Shown here one piece after another: positions 61,465-64,000 of a stretch of 64,000 bases of DNA; within the stretch, counting starts at the first letter, position 1, and every line of letters begins with the position of its first letter. Where the stretch lies: positions 14,224 through 78,223 of the forward strand of contig JBEKTQ010000023.1 of the NCBI GenBank assembly GCA_049515895.1, given 5' to 3'. The translations under genes were made by a program, and so were the position numbers. Source of the DNA: Candidatus Bathyarchaeia archaeon (GTDB lineage Archaea > Thermoproteota > Bathyarchaeia > Bathyarchaeales > Bathycorpusculaceae). The notes under the pieces are model-generated. The model was given only the letters and a program-made list of their open reading frames with translations. It did not search any database and was not told the DNA's origin.

Positions 61465-61547
61465 AAATATCGCGTTGATTTGAATCCCATTTTAAAATCC
61501 ATGGCGGGCGGGGATAGCTATGAGCCTTGTTTGAACCCTTGGGTTGA
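61465..61547. repeat. degenerate repeat with tRNA-like arm, left of the DUF169 gene
   Basis: GCGTTGATTTGAATCCCATT ... GCGGGATAGC ... TGAACCCTTGGGT; matches 62577-62729 and partly 17816-17903. Confidence 0.5.
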
Positions 61548-61675
61548 CGCAGTGCAGAAGATGGACTAATTCAAGCGTAAGTTTGACTGATGCATGTGTA
61601 GTCTCGAGTAATTAAACAAGACTTTTCAAGGCTTGGATTAACCAGCCTAATCTTTTACAAAGAGTAAAGTAAAGG

Positions 61676-62452
61676 TTATTTTGATTTTTGTATTCGCTCC
61701 TGAACTTGCTTCCAGGAATTTGTGATTAAGAAGCTCTCTTCCATATTTGCAACCATGCGTTCAAACTTGCCCATGGGAACTGCAAAAGAAAGCGTGTTCT
61801 CAGGTACAAATGGGCGTGCCGAGGGATCAAACAAACCAATAACTGCTCTTGGTCTAGCGGCATCTTTCTCAAGAAACGGATAGGTCACGATAGAGGAGCA
61901 ACCCGAACCAAAAGGCGAGAAGACACCATTAGGATCTGTCTCGTCAAAATTAGCCAACGTAAATAACCCTGCCAACACATCGAACTTAGCAAAGAAAATT
62001 ACTACATCAGGATTGTCAGCTTCATTGAGCATATCCCACCTCTTGAAAACTACAAACTTGGCTGGAGCTTTGAACTTCGGCAGGTTCTTGCTCCATTCAG
62101 CCGCAATTTCAGGTGTCTTCTTGTAGCGTTCTCCTTCAAGCTTTCCTGGAATGCCGCAAGACAGGAAGTACTCAAAATTGGTGGTCATGTTAGTGCTGAA
62201 GCCTAGAAATCTTCGCCCGCCAAAACAGGCAATTGATGTGGCGTCGAAACACAATGAATTGCCTTCTCTAACGGTGGAAATCGCTGCTATCACACATCTT
62301 GGAATTGATCCAGCCTTAACTAGTTCTGCATGCCCTTCCTCGTTTGTGTAATAGAATGTGATTGGAAGTTCGGATCCGTTGAAATATCGTTTCCATAATT
62401 TGATAAATTTTTCTTGAGTGCTGGCGTTCACAGATAAGCCCTCTGTTTTCAA
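61676..62452 (-). CDS. DUF169 family protein
   Basis: C.GG...LGF, EGERYKKTPE, PDVVIF, FGSGC, G.FDPSAR. Confidence 0.85.
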   Translation of the reverse strand: MKTEGLSVNASTQEKFIKLWKRYFNGSELPITFYYTNEEGHAELVKAGSIPRCVIAAISTVREGNSLCFDATSIACFGGRRFLGFSTNMTTNFEYFLSCGIPGKLEGERYKKTPEIAAEWSKNLPKFKAPAKFVVFKRWDMLNEADNPDVVIFFAKFDVLAGLFTLANFDETDPNGVFSPFGSGCSSIVTYPFLEKDAARPRAVIGLFDPSARPFVPENTLSFAVPMGKFERMVANMEESFLITNSWKQVQERIQKSK

Positions 62453-62576
62453 TGTGGGAATATGAAGACTAAATATTTTTTGATCATAACAGAATATTGG
62501 TCGAGCTATGTTCCGAAAGCAGGCTATCTTGTCAAGCTGACTTTATCGCTAAGTGTTTCAAACGGACTTATCCGAA

Positions 62577-62729
62577 AAATAGCGTTGATCTAAATCACAT
62601 TATGGATGAGTGCGTCCAAACGTCTTTTTGCGGAAAATATCAGAGTGCTGGGTTACAAAGCAAAATTTGTTTTTTTGGGTAGTAATTGTTAAAAGCGTGC
62701 GGGATAGCACTGAACCCTCGGGTCGTTAT
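62577..62729. repeat. degenerate repeat with tRNA-like arm, right of the DUF169 gene
   Basis: GCGTTGATCTAAATCACATT ... GCGGGATAGCACTGAACCCTCGGGT. Confidence 0.45.
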
Positions 62730-62796
62730 AGCTAAGTGAGCCAGAATACTCAACCGGAATAGCGTGTCAAGCGCTAGAAATTCAAATAGTAACTTT

Positions 62797-63480
62797 TCAG
62801 GGTAGCATTTTTTCTCTTCTAATTAGCCTGCTCGATAGTAAAAGCAACCCGGCTGATAGGCCGCCTGCCAAGATGCAAAGTGACAGGACAACTATGAGCT
62901 CTGGGATAAATCCAATAAAAGAAAGATAAAAGGTTGGAAAAATAAAAGGGACGCCAATCACCGTCCCGAGAGGAGTGTCAGCACCTACTCGTTGCTTCTG
63001 TAACGAGCTAAAAGCCATCATAGTCATAGTAACCAAAGAAACCACTGAAAAACCCAAAAACGCCGTGAGAAACAGCATCAACAAATCCAAAAGAAAGACA
63101 GCTGTTGACCCCGCAATAGCACCGGCGATCAAAATTGCGGCACCTTCTCCGGTGAAGAGGATCACTGCAAGGAAGAGAGCGGCTTTTAAATATTGCTTGA
63201 AGACGTCGCTTTGGTTCCAACCAAGAGAAAGCAAATACTCCAAGACCCCGTTGTTCTTGTCGTATACATAGAGCAATGTGACTGGCATAGTAAACATTAG
63301 AAGGCCCAAAGTCATGAACGATACGGAAATGAGAAAGACCGCTGCACTTGAACTTCCTGCAAGAAGAGATAGGGCGAATATCACAAAAATCCCAAGGGCT
63401 GCAAGGCCCAGCCCCAGTCCTGCCTGTATTTTACTTAGGTTGAGGCTACGTTTAGCAAAAACCAAAACATTACTTTGCAT
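62797..63480 (-). CDS. ABC-2 type exporter permease (start MQSNV)
   Basis: About 6 TMs, YDKNNGVLEYLLSLG, C-terminal RREK.LP; overlaps the ATPase stop. Confidence 0.8.
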   Translation of the reverse strand: MQSNVLVFAKRSLNLSKIQAGLGLGLAALGIFVIFALSLLAGSSSAAVFLISVSFMTLGLLMFTMPVTLLYVYDKNNGVLEYLLSLGWNQSDVFKQYLKAALFLAVILFTGEGAAILIAGAIAGSTAVFLLDLLMLFLTAFLGFSVVSLVTMTMMAFSSLQKQRVGADTPLGTVIGVPFIFPTFYLSFIGFIPELIVVLSLCILAGGLSAGLLLLSSRLIRREKMLP

Positions 63481-64000
63481 TCTTCGAGCCCTCCTGAGCT
63501 TTTTCAGCGCCGGATGTCTCAAACAGTTCCTGCAACGGATTATCGAGTTGGCGCATTTCAGTAACCAAGACACCGTTTTCAACGATTTTCTTGAGAGCAA
63601 GCCCCGCTTCTTCAGGGCTGGAAACGCTTAAGACGTAGTAGTCGCCCTCGTGTTTGGCTTCGACAATCCCAGTTATATCGGTTGAAGCTCTGATGCCTAC
63701 GCGATAATTCTTGGGTTTAATATTCGAGATTCTATCAAGCATTGTGACGGAACCATTTTTAATTAGGATTAGATAGGTGCCAATGTCAGTTGCTTCATAG
63801 AGGTTATGAGAAGAATAGAGAATCATCCTGTCCTTGCTCAATCTCACGATAATATCTCGTATTTCCTTGGACACTGCTGGATCTAAATTTGCGGTGGGCT
63901 CATCCAACAAGTAGAGATCTCTTTCGCTCAAGAACACCTTAGCGATGGCAGCTCTCTTCTTTTGTCCTTGAGAAAGGTCAGAGAACCGCTTGTTTCTCAG
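63470..64000 (-). CDS. ABC transporter ATP-binding protein (5' end outside the window)
   Basis: LSQGQKKR, LLDEPTANLDP, SSHNL; frame is open to the window edge. Confidence 0.9.
   Translation of the reverse strand: MRNKRFSDLSQGQKKRAAIAKVFLSERDLYLLDEPTANLDPAVSKEIRDIIVRLSKDRMILYSSHNLYEATDIGTYLILIKNGSVTMLDRISNIKPKNYRVGIRASTDITGIVEAKHEGDYYVLSVSSPEEAGLALKKIVENGVLVTEMRQLDNPLQELFETSGAEKAQEGSKNAK

Overview
Archaeal chromosomal window, most consistent with Bathyarchaeia (TACK). This rests on a eukaryote-like topoisomerase IB, aRF1, Ftr, DGGGP synthase, a DUF39/NIL-ferredoxin/ApbE-like homocysteine cluster, and Bathyarchaeia-style secreted beta-propeller and DUF5752-like proteins; the taxon call is inference from gene content. 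About 1-29 kb and 51-64 kb look accessory: small regulators, anchored surface proteins, bacterial-like clpB and fumC, pseudogene scars and tRNA-3'-like fragments. About 29-51 kb is mostly housekeeping. Unexplained structure worth following up: (i) a ~150-bp palindromic intergenic element present four times in 190-4166, plus a half copy at 10.8 kb, that divides small genes into cassette-like units; (ii) a GC-rich, end-paired ~130-nt ncRNA candidate at 53011 with a BRE/TATA promoter and a promoter-bearing paralog at 52569; (iii) an 11x10-bp phased array directly upstream of a tandem-AbrB (MraZ-like) gene; (iv) tRNA-Thr(UGU) with a non-canonical D/T-loop elbow; (v) an HExxH metallopeptidase next to TopIB; (vi) unannotated zinc-finger/RING-like microproteins and a decayed viral tail-chaperone pair. 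No CRISPR array, rRNA, integrase or transposase was found. All family assignments are by motif recognition, not database search.
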